A stretch of 64,000 bases of DNA from an uncultured Candidatus Saccharibacteria bacterium (GTDB lineage: Bacteria; Patescibacteriota; Minisyncoccia; Phycocordibacterales; EsbW-18): positions 33,735 through 97,734 of the forward strand of contig CAYUSN010000001.1 of NCBI GenBank assembly GCA_964447415.1. The letters run 5' to 3'. Under the pieces are notes generated by a model. It did no database searches and was not told the DNA's origin. It was given only the letters and a program-made list of their open reading frames with translations. How positions within the stretch are numbered: position 1 is the stretch's first letter; each line of letters opens with the position of its first letter. Shown here in pieces: positions 1 to 9,008 of this stretch. The translations under genes and the position numbers were made by a program.

Positions 1-82
1 TATCAATAAATAAAGGTGAGATGAGGTAATACGCGATACCGAGAATAATCAGCACGCCGAGAATAACAAGTGGTTTTTTCAT
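1..82 (-). CDS. N-terminal fragment of a membrane-anchored protein running off the window; possibly DM13-domain
   Basis: ATG at 82 gives MKKPLVILGVLIILGIAYYLISPLFID; hydrophobic anchor; the YYLISPLFID stretch recalls DM13 proteins. Confidence 0.45.
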   Translation of the reverse strand, partial: MKKPLVILGVLIILGIAYYLISPLFID

Positions 83-112
83 AGAAATGGAAAATTAGGA
101 GGTTAGTAATTG

Positions 113-190
113 TGGGGTGACGTGATAGAGGATGTTAGAACTGTGTTTGAACGAAGAAATGATGCGAGTATATACGTCCCTTGTCTTTGA
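113..190 (+). other. Distal att half-site encoding the alternative C-terminal tail of the LSR
   Basis: TGG GGT GAC GTG ATA GAG GAT GTT AGA ACT...TGA = WGDVIEDVRTVFERRNDASIYVPCL*, in the same codon phase as TGG GGT G at 10750 in the LSR. Confidence 0.7.
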
Positions 191-204
191 CTTTTGTTTA
201 TTTC

Positions 205-1221
205 CTAAATCTTTTTCATTTTAGAAAACCAGAACTCTATCTGATCCTCTTTTAGAACAATGTCGTTTGCACCGGCTATTCTACTCCACAAAAAATCTTT
301 CAGTTCGGCGGGTACGTTTTGTTTTTTTATACTTTCTGCTTTATAAAGCAACCAAATAAAAAGATCTATATAAAAGATGGGGAGGAGCTTATTAACCTTA
401 GACAGAACATCTTGAACATCCACCTCTTCACCGTAGTAAGCTGTGATAATTTCTTTTCTTTCTTCATCTGACAAAGTCCTTTTGAGCGTGTACTGGTAAA
501 TATAATCCCAGAGAAGATATGAGATATCTTGAATAGGATTCCCGATGACTGCTGTTTGCCAGTCAATCAGATACCACCCACCCTCTTTATGGAGAATATT
601 CTCCGGGAATAAATCTCTATGTATTAAGGTGGTCCCAGTTAGTAGTTCCGCGTTATCCTTTAGGTACTGTTTGTAAATATCAGCATACTTTGAGAACAGT
701 GAAGCAATCACACTTTTGTTGTTCGTTGAAATAATTGTTAACCAGTTATCGTACAGTTTTATTTTATCCTCAGCGTTTGCATCGTGTCTAAAAGATTTCA
801 CAACCTCCTTTGTATCCACTGCGTGGAGGTTTTTTATTGTATTCGTAACCCCTCTAAAATCCGCCTCCACGCTTTTGTTGTCGTGTTCTAAATATTCTTC
901 AATTAAAAAACCATATGGGAAAAACTTTTTGCTTGAATCAACAAAATATACACGCGGGGCTACGTTGTATTGTTCAAGAAATTTAAGTACTTGGTATTCA
1001 CTTTCAACACTAATCTCATTACCGTTATACCAAACTTGGTCCGGCCAGATATTAAAGCGCATCACATATTTTGAAGCTCCAAAATCAAGAAAGTAGTTAA
1101 TGTTTGCCAACCCTTTACCTAATTCCTTCACGTTCTGTAATTCAGAAAGCCCATTTAAAAATGGGTCATTCAATAACATCCTATTTTTGAAGAAAGATTG
1201 TATCTGTTGGGTTAGGTCCAT
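205..1221 (-). CDS. APH/choline-kinase-like phosphotransferase
   Basis: Brenner-type motif HRDLFPENIL, LIDWQ, N-terminal G-rich loop GKGLANINY. Confidence 0.85.
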   Translation of the reverse strand: MDLTQQIQSFFKNRMLLNDPFLNGLSELQNVKELGKGLANINYFLDFGASKYVMRFNIWPDQVWYNGNEISVESEYQVLKFLEQYNVAPRVYFVDSSKKFFPYGFLIEEYLEHDNKSVEADFRGVTNTIKNLHAVDTKEVVKSFRHDANAEDKIKLYDNWLTIISTNNKSVIASLFSKYADIYKQYLKDNAELLTGTTLIHRDLFPENILHKEGGWYLIDWQTAVIGNPIQDISYLLWDYIYQYTLKRTLSDEERKEIITAYYGEEVDVQDVLSKVNKLLPIFYIDLFIWLLYKAESIKKQNVPAELKDFLWSRIAGANDIVLKEDQIEFWFSKMKKI

Positions 1222-1224
1222 ATT

Positions 1225-1971
1225 TTATATATTAACCACAACTTCTTGGTTTCTAAAATAAAACTTTAATTTATCCGCCAAAACCTCTACTTTGATTGCC
1301 TCACCCTTTTCCGTTAAATCCTTATTCTCTCTAATACTGTGTGCAAGATACAATTCTAAAACTGTGTCGAGCCATTCCCCGTGTGTTATCAATGCGAGTT
1401 TTTCATTCCCACCTTTTCTTTGTCGGGCTATCTCAATTATCCTCTTCAAAAAAGTTTCTACTTTCCCCCTATATTCTTGAATATCCTGTGTTGTTGGATT
1501 TTCTAAAGTTCCCATTCTAGATTTCAAGTAGTAGTCACTTTCCTGTTTAAGCCTTCCCAAAACTTCCGTCATATCTGACAAATATTTTTCCTTATCTCCC
1601 TGTTTCTTATAGATGTTTGTTTTTTCCTTGTCCAACATCTCTACGTTACTTAAACTCTGTCTCCCACCCCCAAGTCTAATCACCTCGTGCCCATGCTGAT
1701 TAAGGGCATCTTCTATGATTTGGGCAGAATTTTGGGCTCGGACTCGTGGGCTCATCATAATATAAACCTTATCTTGCTCCTGAATCTCATTATTTATTCT
1801 TTCCGCCAGATCTTGGATTTGCATTTTACCTTTCTCAGTCAAATCATTCTCTGACCCTGGGTCAGAGAACTCCTCTTTATATTCAGTATCTCCGTGCCTA
1901 ACGATAAAAATCGTAGCGAACGGGACAGGTTCCTTTTCAGTTGATTCAATTTTGTTGAGTCCTCCCTCCAT
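1225..1971 (-). CDS. Histidine phosphatase (phosphoglycerate mutase family)
   Basis: IVRHGDT, LTEKGKMQ, SPRVRA, LITHG motifs. Confidence 0.85.
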   Translation of the reverse strand: MEGGLNKIESTEKEPVPFATIFIVRHGDTEYKEEFSDPGSENDLTEKGKMQIQDLAERINNEIQEQDKVYIMMSPRVRAQNSAQIIEDALNQHGHEVIRLGGGRQSLSNVEMLDKEKTNIYKKQGDKEKYLSDMTEVLGRLKQESDYYLKSRMGTLENPTTQDIQEYRGKVETFLKRIIEIARQRKGGNEKLALITHGEWLDTVLELYLAHSIRENKDLTEKGEAIKVEVLADKLKFYFRNQEVVVNI

Positions 1972-2042
1972 ATTATGAGTATACCAGTTCGAGCTACAAC
2001 TAGGGTGCCCGAATATACATTGCTACTTAAGACCTAAAACGA

Positions 2043-2123
2043 TGGGTGACGTGGTAGAGGGATGTTAGAACTGTGTTTGAGGAGTTGGACACTCCAACAG
2101 TCTATGTGCCGACAAACTCTTGA
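2043..2123 (+). repeat. Degenerate second copy of the att half-site / LSR tail at 113-190
   Basis: gggtgacgtggtagagggatgttagaactgtgtttga nearly identical to 115-150; encodes DVRTVFEELDTPTVYVPTNS*; one G missing from the core and one extra G downstream. Confidence 0.75.
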
Positions 2124-2479
2124 AAAAGATCGGCGAGTAGCTCTCTTTGAGCGTTATCATGTTTTCCGCCCTCACCTTTATAACTTAAATTGTCCCTCCT
2201 GAATATACCTTGTAATAATATCGTCCCTTCCTCGAGATCAATTACAAAAATGACCCTGAATCCTCCTGACTTCCCTTTTCTTCTTGCCTTATCAGGCAAA
2301 CGTGTGCTCCAGCATTCAAAGCTGGAGTTTTGAAATAGGCAACTTTGGCGATTATGCGGAAGGGGAACGTTTTTAAAGTCCTTCAATGCTCGTTCATAAC
2401 CAGCATAATTACTGTCATCAACCCTTTCCCTCTTCCACCATTTATCAAAACTTTCTGTTCGCTGAACCTGCCAAACCAT
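2102..2479 (-). CDS. RelE/HigB-like toxin
   Basis: 125 aa with RxxxxGKSGGFRVIF motif; directly downstream of a Panacea antitoxin. Confidence 0.7.
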   Translation of the reverse strand: MVWQVQRTESFDKWWKRERVDDSNYAGYERALKDFKNVPLPHNRQSCLFQNSSFECWSTRLPDKARRKGKSGGFRVIFVIDLEEGTILLQGIFRRDNLSYKGEGGKHDNAQRELLADLFQEFVGT

Positions 2480-2513
2480 AACAGAAAGTTATCCCTGAGG
2501 ACCGTGTACCTTG

Positions 2514-3017
2514 TTAAATCACACGAATTGAATCTTCTCTAAAAAATTCAATGTCATCCGCATTTTTATAATCCAATTCTTTTTGTACATCAGAGAAAAC
2601 CCAAGGTGCCTCACTATGGGTTTGAGCGATCATCTGGTCAGTACTCCACTCCTTAAATTCTTTACACAGATAACCTAAAAGTTTTTTTTCGTACTCATCA
2701 AAAACCTCCATATTAGGAACACCTACAGGCTCGTATCGGTCTCTGTTTCTAAATTTTTTACTCTGTTCCTTTTTTACGCGAATTATTTTCTTTTCTTTTG
2801 CCGTTCCAATTATTTTCTTTTCCAAACTTATTGCGAAAGGACCCATAGGTAAATGGATATATGTTTCTCCGGTCACGCTCTTATTTCGATCGCGATAGGA
2901 AATAAAATCAAGGTAATAGAAAAGCTTGTTGAGCTTTGTTTTACCCAATTTTTCGTTCCCGCATTCGGAGATGAAATAGAGGAGGGCGTTTAGGTACTTC
3001 TCTTGGTCTAGGGCCAT
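2514..3017 (-). CDS. Panacea (DUF4065/SocA-like) antitoxin
   Basis: KTKLNKLFYYLDF, LPMGP, THSEAPW motifs. Confidence 0.85.
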   Translation of the reverse strand: MALDQEKYLNALLYFISECGNEKLGKTKLNKLFYYLDFISYRDRNKSVTGETYIHLPMGPFAISLEKKIIGTAKEKKIIRVKKEQSKKFRNRDRYEPVGVPNMEVFDEYEKKLLGYLCKEFKEWSTDQMIAQTHSEAPWVFSDVQKELDYKNADDIEFFREDSIRVI

Positions 3018-3156
3018 TTCAACTGTATTTATAGTCCAGTATAACAGGCTATGACGCGACAGAGAATAGCCGGTGTATAACCAGAAATAGTCTAAAACGA
3101 AGCAAATGAATTTCCTTTTAAGTCCTGAATATCGCTAATTAAGGCCTGATTGGGGG

Positions 3157-3435
3157 CTAAGAAAGCTTTGAGTTCTGTGCGCCCCCGTTTTTGCCGATAC
3201 CAGCGAACAGTGAAAGTAGTTTATAGATTACCCACCCAACTAAATAGATATACACCGGAATAAAGATAAAGAACCAATAGATAAAGAAAGCATCCTTGTC
3301 TGTAAAGAAGTTTCTTATCTCTTCCATCGGACTCGTAGGGATTAAGAAAAAGATATCTAGAAACCAAAATACCATCCAGATGATGGACAGAATCCAATAC
3401 CACCTTATAAATTTGTTTTTTGGTAGTGAGATCAT
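3157..3435 (-). CDS. Small two-TM membrane protein
   Basis: 92 aa with two aromatic-rich hydrophobic segments. Confidence 0.6.
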   Translation of the reverse strand: MISLPKNKFIRWYWILSIIWMVFWFLDIFFLIPTSPMEEIRNFFTDKDAFFIYWFFIFIPVYIYLVGWVIYKLLSLFAGIGKNGGAQNSKLS

Positions 3436-3503
3436 ATTGTGGTGTGTGCAGTGAAATTTAACCTAAAGTAACACTTTGTAACACTTTTTGAGTCTACCTT
3501 TTG

Positions 3504-3618
3504 GTGTGTGTAGAGATGTTAAGTTTTTAATACTCCTACTTTTTACTACTTTTTCTACCCCCTCCCCCTACGACTTCCACCAAGAAACAAAAGCACCCCA
3601 GAGCGTTTTGAATAAACC
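3504..3618. repeat. ~110-bp imperfect repeat, copy 1 (3' end of CDS plus downstream region)
   Basis: Aligns with 4757-4870; includes tactcctacttttt...ctacgacttccacca. Confidence 0.8.
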
Positions 3619-4710
3619 TTGTTTTACTTCTTGATCTGCTTCTCCTTTACTTGCCTCGGAGGTATCTGCCTTTTCTTGTCCTTGAACAATCACAATCCCA
3701 AAAAGTGACTTTGACACCCACCCTATAACCTTTTCACCCGTTCCACCTGCGTCAGTGGTTCCTTCTATGCGATACCACTCACCATCTTTATATTCTCCTG
3801 TGACAACCAGGTTTGAACCCTCAGCATAGTAACGGATTACTCCACAGTCTTGAGATGGGCATTTACGGAACTTTGCTGAGGTAGTGAGCGTACCAATTGC
3901 ACTTAAGGGTTTGATATCGTCTTCCGGAACGTCGAAGTTGGTTTCGACATTTTTTACCTCAATTGGCGGAGGGGTAAAGTTGGGCGTTACTTGCAATACC
4001 TGATTGTTTTGAGTTTTTATGCATGAGGTTTGCGATGAATTCCACTCGTATCCAGATCGGCAATAACAGAGTTCCGAATCACCATATGAATTCGGACCAA
4101 ATTGAATCTGACAGGCCTGGCTAGTTGTAATACAAACGTCATCAAGAGCGAGGTAACCATCATTACAAAAACACTCTGATCCGACTAGTGAGGCATTCTC
4201 TGGACAAGAGGTTTTAAAATCGGTTGACGAGTATCCGTAACTACCATCCGAGCTTTTGGGAATATCCTTAAAAACCACATCCTCCATGTCTCGATTTGGA
4301 GATATAAATGAGTTTTTTGCACACGCTATGGCTTCATAGGTATTAATCGAAGGAAACTTGGCGGTGTTTATCGTTAAATAACCAACGAATTTGTAACCAT
4401 CGTCGACAATGATTGGTGGATTGCTAGCGTATTCATTAAAGGCGCTTTGAGAACTATATTCACTGCCAAACTTCCCATATTCATTAAAGATGGAATCGGA
4501 TTTGTATTCGCTTCCGGCACCATATTCATTGGCAATAGAAAGACTGTTGTATTCATTTCCAATTGCTCCAATAAATATCCACTCATCGAAGTCATACCCA
4601 AAAATTGCCATCCCATCTACATCAAAACAAGAGAGTGAAGACGCTACTGCGGTATTCAGCGAAAAAAGAAAGAAAAGGCTGGCTATAAAATATTTAAGAT
4701 GCTTATCCAT
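3568..4710 (-). CDS. Secreted modular protein: YGS-rich N-domain, Cys-rich EGF-like repeats, SH3b-like domain, Trp-rich tail
   Basis: Signal peptide; SIFNEYGKFGSEYS; CxCxxGY twice; FRKCPS...GEWYRI...GWVSK; ends GLFKTLWGAFVSWWKS. Confidence 0.75.
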   Translation of the reverse strand: MDKHLKYFIASLFFLFSLNTAVASSLSCFDVDGMAIFGYDFDEWIFIGAIGNEYNSLSIANEYGAGSEYKSDSIFNEYGKFGSEYSSQSAFNEYASNPPIIVDDGYKFVGYLTINTAKFPSINTYEAIACAKNSFISPNRDMEDVVFKDIPKSSDGSYGYSSTDFKTSCPENASLVGSECFCNDGYLALDDVCITTSQACQIQFGPNSYGDSELCYCRSGYEWNSSQTSCIKTQNNQVLQVTPNFTPPPIEVKNVETNFDVPEDDIKPLSAIGTLTTSAKFRKCPSQDCGVIRYYAEGSNLVVTGEYKDGEWYRIEGTTDAGGTGEKVIGWVSKSLFGIVIVQGQEKADTSEASKGEADQEVKQGLFKTLWGAFVSWWKS

Positions 4711-4756
4711 AGATTTCTGTTTTATCTATCAGGAGATAGGTTGGGTTTATTTTTCA

Positions 4757-4870
4757 GTGTGTGCGGAGAGGTTAAATTTTAAATACTCCTACTTTTTCCT
4801 ACTCTTCCTACCCCCCCCCTCTACGACTTCCACCACGTAACAAGGGCTTCCCATAAAGTTTTAAATAACC
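4757..4870. repeat. ~110-bp imperfect repeat, copy 2
   Basis: Aligns with 3504-3618. Confidence 0.8.
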
Positions 4871-5489
4871 CTTTTTTCTCTGACTGATTTTTTGCGACAT
4901 CCTCACTGATTATGTCTACGGTGTCCGTAGCCGTCGCCGATGACTCTTCAATATTGCGCTCATTGACTGGTTCCGGTTCAATATCGACTTGAACCATAGG
5001 GCGAGGTTCTTCAACGCTTACCGGCGGTGGAGGGGGCTGAATTACGCTCTCTACGGGTGTTTCTTCAACCAACGGCGGGGGTGTCATTAGAGATTCCTGG
5101 TAGGCTTTCTCACCTAAAGCGACACATTCGTCATAAACCTTTTGAACATCGTCGTTGTACTCACGGATTGCTTGGCTCTGGTCTAACAACAGCGCGTCTT
5201 GTCGATCTTGAGAGTCACGTATTAATTTTGCTCTCTCTGCATCCATAGAAGATTGGCTCATTGCCCTAGTCTTCAGCTCTTCTAAATTTTCTAAAAGACT
5301 CCTCTGTTCATTTTCAATGTCTATCGTGTACTGTTCAATGGTCTTCTGTTGCGCCTTGAGTCTATAGTCATAAGCGAGATCATCATATTGGTCTTGGGTA
5401 CACAAAAAATCCGCCTGTGCGAGAAATGGTATTGCCCCCAGAAAAAGTGAAGCTACCAATATTTTTTTTATACCGAGGAAATTTTTCAT
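4821..5489 (-). CDS. Secreted coiled-coil/Pro-rich protein with Trp-rich tail
   Basis: Probable start MKNFLG at 5489; signal peptide ending AQA; ends GLFKTLWEALVTWWKS. Confidence 0.7.
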   Translation of the reverse strand: MKNFLGIKKILVASLFLGAIPFLAQADFLCTQDQYDDLAYDYRLKAQQKTIEQYTIDIENEQRSLLENLEELKTRAMSQSSMDAERAKLIRDSQDRQDALLLDQSQAIREYNDDVQKVYDECVALGEKAYQESLMTPPPLVEETPVESVIQPPPPPVSVEEPRPMVQVDIEPEPVNERNIEESSATATDTVDIISEDVAKNQSEKKGLFKTLWEALVTWWKS

Positions 5490-5497
5490 AAAATTTA

Positions 5498-6352
5498 TTA
5501 GCCTTCGCACGCCCATCCATCACCGTCTCTGTCGAGCTTAAATTCATCGTATCCGAGAACCTGAACCTGTCCTGTGTAGTTTGGCCCATCGCCAGATCCA
5601 CCAGAACAATCGTAATCGCCTGCGTTTTGCTTCAAGCAACCGGAATAATTTGGATTACATTGCGACGATGCCTTTGCCGGCTTTGGAATTACAGGTGCTG
5701 GAGCTACAGGAATAGGGGCAGGTGCCTTCTCCTCTTCACATACCCCTGAAGCCCAGAGGCCCTTTTTGTTTATTTCTGCATTTTTTTGAGCAAGCTTAAA
5801 CTCATCCTGATATTTGTACGGGAGATCGTAAGTATATTCATATGCATATCCCTCTTTAATCATCAGAAGGTTAAAGTTGGTTCCATCTTCGAGAAAAACA
5901 TACCTAAGTAACCTGTCATATTTGTCCCTCTCTCCCTGGGTATTATCACTTTCCAAATATACATTCTTCCCCGTCAGTACTAGTTTTGCTTTATTAGAAG
6001 CTTCCGCACCGAAACACTCTACAGGCTTCCTAGGATCAACTGTTTCTGGAGTATCTATACCAATGAGCCTTAACCTTTCAACTTTCCCGTCGATAGAAAC
6101 GTCGATAGTATCTCCGTCCACCACCTTAACCACACCGTATGCCTGTTGGGTGAGTGTTTTTGGAGAGGTGCTCGTGGCTTCTGGAACAACGGAAGTCGTA
6201 ATATCCTCCAGCACCTCTGCTTGATTGTTTTCACGACCCCAATAACTAAACCAGCTAAATGGATTCCACCATACAGCCAGTGCTAATTGTGGGGCAAAAA
6301 TGCCAAGCGCTAGGATTAAAACGAGAACTCTCTTTAATTTTTCAGCACTCAT
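5498..6352 (-). CDS. Secreted thermonuclease (SNase family) with C-terminal excalibur-like Ca-binding domain
   Basis: VVDGDTI, RLIGIDTPE, DKYDRLLRYV, AQ..A....KGLW; C-terminal LDRDGDGWACE. Confidence 0.92.
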   Translation of the reverse strand: MSAEKLKRVLVLILALGIFAPQLALAVWWNPFSWFSYWGRENNQAEVLEDITTSVVPEATSTSPKTLTQQAYGVVKVVDGDTIDVSIDGKVERLRLIGIDTPETVDPRKPVECFGAEASNKAKLVLTGKNVYLESDNTQGERDKYDRLLRYVFLEDGTNFNLLMIKEGYAYEYTYDLPYKYQDEFKLAQKNAEINKKGLWASGVCEEEKAPAPIPVAPAPVIPKPAKASSQCNPNYSGCLKQNAGDYDCSGGSGDGPNYTGQVQVLGYDEFKLDRDGDGWACEG

Positions 6353-6429
6353 GATTCCACGATACACCTGATAAACAGGAAAACAACAGGTATTGAAAAG
6401 TGTATATTTTTATGGGATAGTGCACTCAA

Positions 6430-7557
6430 ATGAGTATGAAAATAATGGATTCTCGAAATTTCTATCTCCTTTGGTACTTCTCAAAACACGATAAGTGGAA
6501 ACAGATGATGGAGATCTCATATGGAGGCCACTACGAAATGCCTATTGAGCCTTTTTGTAGTCAATACTACAAGGATTTTGTTTGGCTACTGGATGAGGGT
6601 TTTATCACAATAGAAGGGCTTTCATTTGTTGGTAATCAATTTTACAAAGAAATAAAACCCAGACTTTTATCTGCTCTAGATGGAAAACTAAGAAAAATCC
6701 TCGAAAAGAACAAATTCGGATATAAGGATTTCTTTTTACTTGAAGAGGCTTACAAGCAACTGATAGGTAACGGGAAAATACCTATCTCCATAATCATGCA
6801 CTCCCAGAGTTTGAGGGACTACCTTATGGACCCTGATTCAAAAATAAAAGTCCCGGATAAGGAAAAACTAGAGGGATATATTCAAAACTATTCTAAAGTA
6901 ACCGTACAGGAGTCAAAAATTACAGTTGGTTATGAACAGCTCTCTTTGAAAGATTTTTTTACTCTTGATTTGTTAAATTCCAAATACAAAGAGTACTGCG
7001 AACGTGAGTGTGGAAAATATGTTTACCCAACTGGTTCAAAAGAGGCCATCCGTGAATGTTTGGACTCAGAAATTCGTACAGTGGAAGATTCGGCAATATT
7101 CGATTTTGATAACATTTCCTTTCTGCTTCCATCCATGTACTACCTTGAAATGTTGGGCGCACTTGAAATCATTGAAATAGATGAGAATGAACAGGGTTAT
7201 TTTGATGTTCGATATAAATTAACTGGAAATATTCCCACCACCCTCAAGGACTCTGTTTATCTAATTGAATGTACAAAAAAGGATAGTGCAAATATGTTTG
7301 AAATTTACATAAACGGTGACAGAAAAAAACCAATTTCGGTAAAGTACGGTGAACGCTACGCGAAAGTAATCTATGAGATAGCCAATAAAGGGTTTTACCA
7401 ATCTATGGGTGCACACGAAAAAAAATTAGTTCGAGATTATATAAGATATTTTGTTGAAAAGAAGTTGCCAAAAAATTTAGCGGGGGTAAAAATAACCAAT
7501 GAACATCGAGGAAAATTTACTGCCTCGGCAGAAACAGAAATAACAATGAAAAAGTAA
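6430..7557 (+). CDS. Hypothetical protein, possibly a DNA-binding regulator of the element
   Basis: 375-aa ORF divergent from the cargo genes; basic C-terminal region; no recognisable catalytic motif. Confidence 0.6.
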   Translation: MSMKIMDSRNFYLLWYFSKHDKWKQMMEISYGGHYEMPIEPFCSQYYKDFVWLLDEGFITIEGLSFVGNQFYKEIKPRLLSALDGKLRKILEKNKFGYKDFFLLEEAYKQLIGNGKIPISIIMHSQSLRDYLMDPDSKIKVPDKEKLEGYIQNYSKVTVQESKITVGYEQLSLKDFFTLDLLNSKYKEYCERECGKYVYPTGSKEAIRECLDSEIRTVEDSAIFDFDNISFLLPSMYYLEMLGALEIIEIDENEQGYFDVRYKLTGNIPTTLKDSVYLIECTKKDSANMFEIYINGDRKKPISVKYGERYAKVIYEIANKGFYQSMGAHEKKLVRDYIRYFVEKKLPKNLAGVKITNEHRGKFTASAETEITMKK

Positions 7558-7558
7558 T

Positions 7559-7599
7559 TTCCGAAAAAGTTCCGAAAAGTTCCGACTTCAATTCCGAAA
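7559..7599 (+). repeat. Four helically phased TTCCGA motifs (operator/iteron-like)
   Basis: TTCCGA at 7559, 7570, 7580, 7592, followed by a hairpin with T-tail at ~7610-7640. Confidence 0.6.
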
Positions 7600-7644
7600 G
7601 TGGACCCCTAAAATACAGATACTAAGTAGTCTGTTTTTTTATTT

Positions 7645-7896
7645 ATGCAGATGGAACATGAAAAGGACTTATACCGCGTATCTGATCTAGCGCTTGCATC
7701 AACTCTTTTATGCCTTGGGTGCAGGCTTTGGGCAACAGACCGTTCAGATGAGAGGAGGGTTTCCTTTGTCTTTGAGAGAAACGAGGGACTAGACGAAATA
7801 CTGGAGAATTACTGGACAGGCCAGCTCCGTGTGGAGCCCGTGGCCTTTTTTAGTGCTGTTAAACAGGCTAAAAACAGGATTTATAGCGAATATTAA
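7645..7896 (+). CDS. DUF5659-like small protein
   Basis: DLALASTL..G, VSFVF, YW.GQL.VEP..FF pattern. Confidence 0.7.
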   Translation: MQMEHEKDLYRVSDLALASTLLCLGCRLWATDRSDERRVSFVFERNEGLDEILENYWTGQLRVEPVAFFSAVKQAKNRIYSEY

Positions 7897-7900
7897 TCAA

Positions 7901-8116
7901 ATGCCCACCAGAGACGACATAACCAGGTTTCAGGAGCTTTACAGAGAGCATTTCGGAACCGAAATCAGCAGAAAAGAGGCCCTTGAGAAAGGTGCGGGGC
8001 TATTGCGGTTTATGTCGCTTATTTATAGACCAATGGGCAAAGACGAGTTGAAGATTGTTCAAAAGCAAAGAGCCAACACCCTCCATTTATTACAAGAACG
8101 GATTACTAATTTGTAG
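7901..8116 (+). CDS. Small hypothetical protein
   Basis: ATG at 7901; FQELYREHFG.EIS..EA pattern, as seen in CPR integrative elements. Confidence 0.65.
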   Translation: MPTRDDITRFQELYREHFGTEISRKEALEKGAGLLRFMSLIYRPMGKDELKIVQKQRANTLHLLQERITNL

Positions 8117-8124
8117 AAACTAAT

Positions 8125-8358
8125 ATGCGTAGTATCGAACGGAGATTTAAAAACTTTCAAACAAAATCAGGAGGATTGAGCAGTTACATGAACTTTGCAC
8201 AAGCAATCTCCGGACAGGGATTCAGTGAGAATAATTTGAGTCGATGGTTCAACAAACTCGTAGAAAAAGATGACTACGATAAGAAAGATCGAAAACAGAT
8301 TATCAAGAATCTCGTACTCCTTTCAAAACCATCTGAGGAGCACCTGTTTGAGGTATAG
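8125..8358 (+). CDS. Small hypothetical protein
   Basis: 77-aa ORF in the same operon-like run. Confidence 0.55.
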   Translation: MRSIERRFKNFQTKSGGLSSYMNFAQAISGQGFSENNLSRWFNKLVEKDDYDKKDRKQIIKNLVLLSKPSEEHLFEV

Positions 8359-8420
8359 GAAGCCACTCAGAAGAACGTTTTATCAGAGCGTGGAGGCAAT
8401 CATCATGAATATGAGAAAGT

Positions 8421-8855
8421 ATGAAAAAAGGATGGATTAAACAATACCGGAGGGATATAGATGACCTCAGAGATTTAACAGAGCCTGAGTATCGTTACTA
8501 CACACTCTCCTGCTTATTTGCTGTATGGGATACAAGAAATAAGCTTTTTGGAACGTTTGACGCACGAACAAAAACAATAAAAGCAGAGCTTCTTCCGAGC
8601 TGGTCTACTGGAAAAATCAACACAACAAAAAATCTCCTCATAAAAAGAGGTTTCTATAAAAAAGTTCCTGACAACCGACTACACATTACAAACGCGAGGA
8701 TTGTTTTTGGTAAGAGTAGGGATGTTGAAAATCTGGTTCAGAATTATGAAGGTAATATTCGTGTGGATGAAAAAGAGATTCAACAGGCTGAAAATCGCCT
8801 GAGTAGTATCGTGGATATGAAAAGGAATCTAGCAAATAGAAAGAGGGTTTCTTGA
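8421..8855 (+). CDS. Putative replication/wHTH protein
   Basis: Starts MKKGWIK..R like phage replisome-organizer N-termini; followed by a 10-bp tandem repeat at 8895-8920. Confidence 0.5.
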   Translation: MKKGWIKQYRRDIDDLRDLTEPEYRYYTLSCLFAVWDTRNKLFGTFDARTKTIKAELLPSWSTGKINTTKNLLIKRGFYKKVPDNRLHITNARIVFGKSRDVENLVQNYEGNIRVDEKEIQQAENRLSSIVDMKRNLANRKRVS

Positions 8856-9008
8856 GATTGACATTCACATAACTGAAAACACCTCTCAAGTTAAAGAAAT
8901 ACAGAGAAATACAGAGAAATCTAAATAAACAAAAACCCCAGAAAGTAACTGCTTAACAGTTAAAAAACAGTGAGAGACAGGATGCCTTTTAAGAGATATA
9001 CTATCTAT

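Noticed and set aside
115-2080. Integron attC interpretation of the gatgttagaac repeats
   Set aside because: No paired RYYYAAC/GTTRRRY palindrome and no IntI; the repeats are better explained as LSR att half-sites with coding tails.
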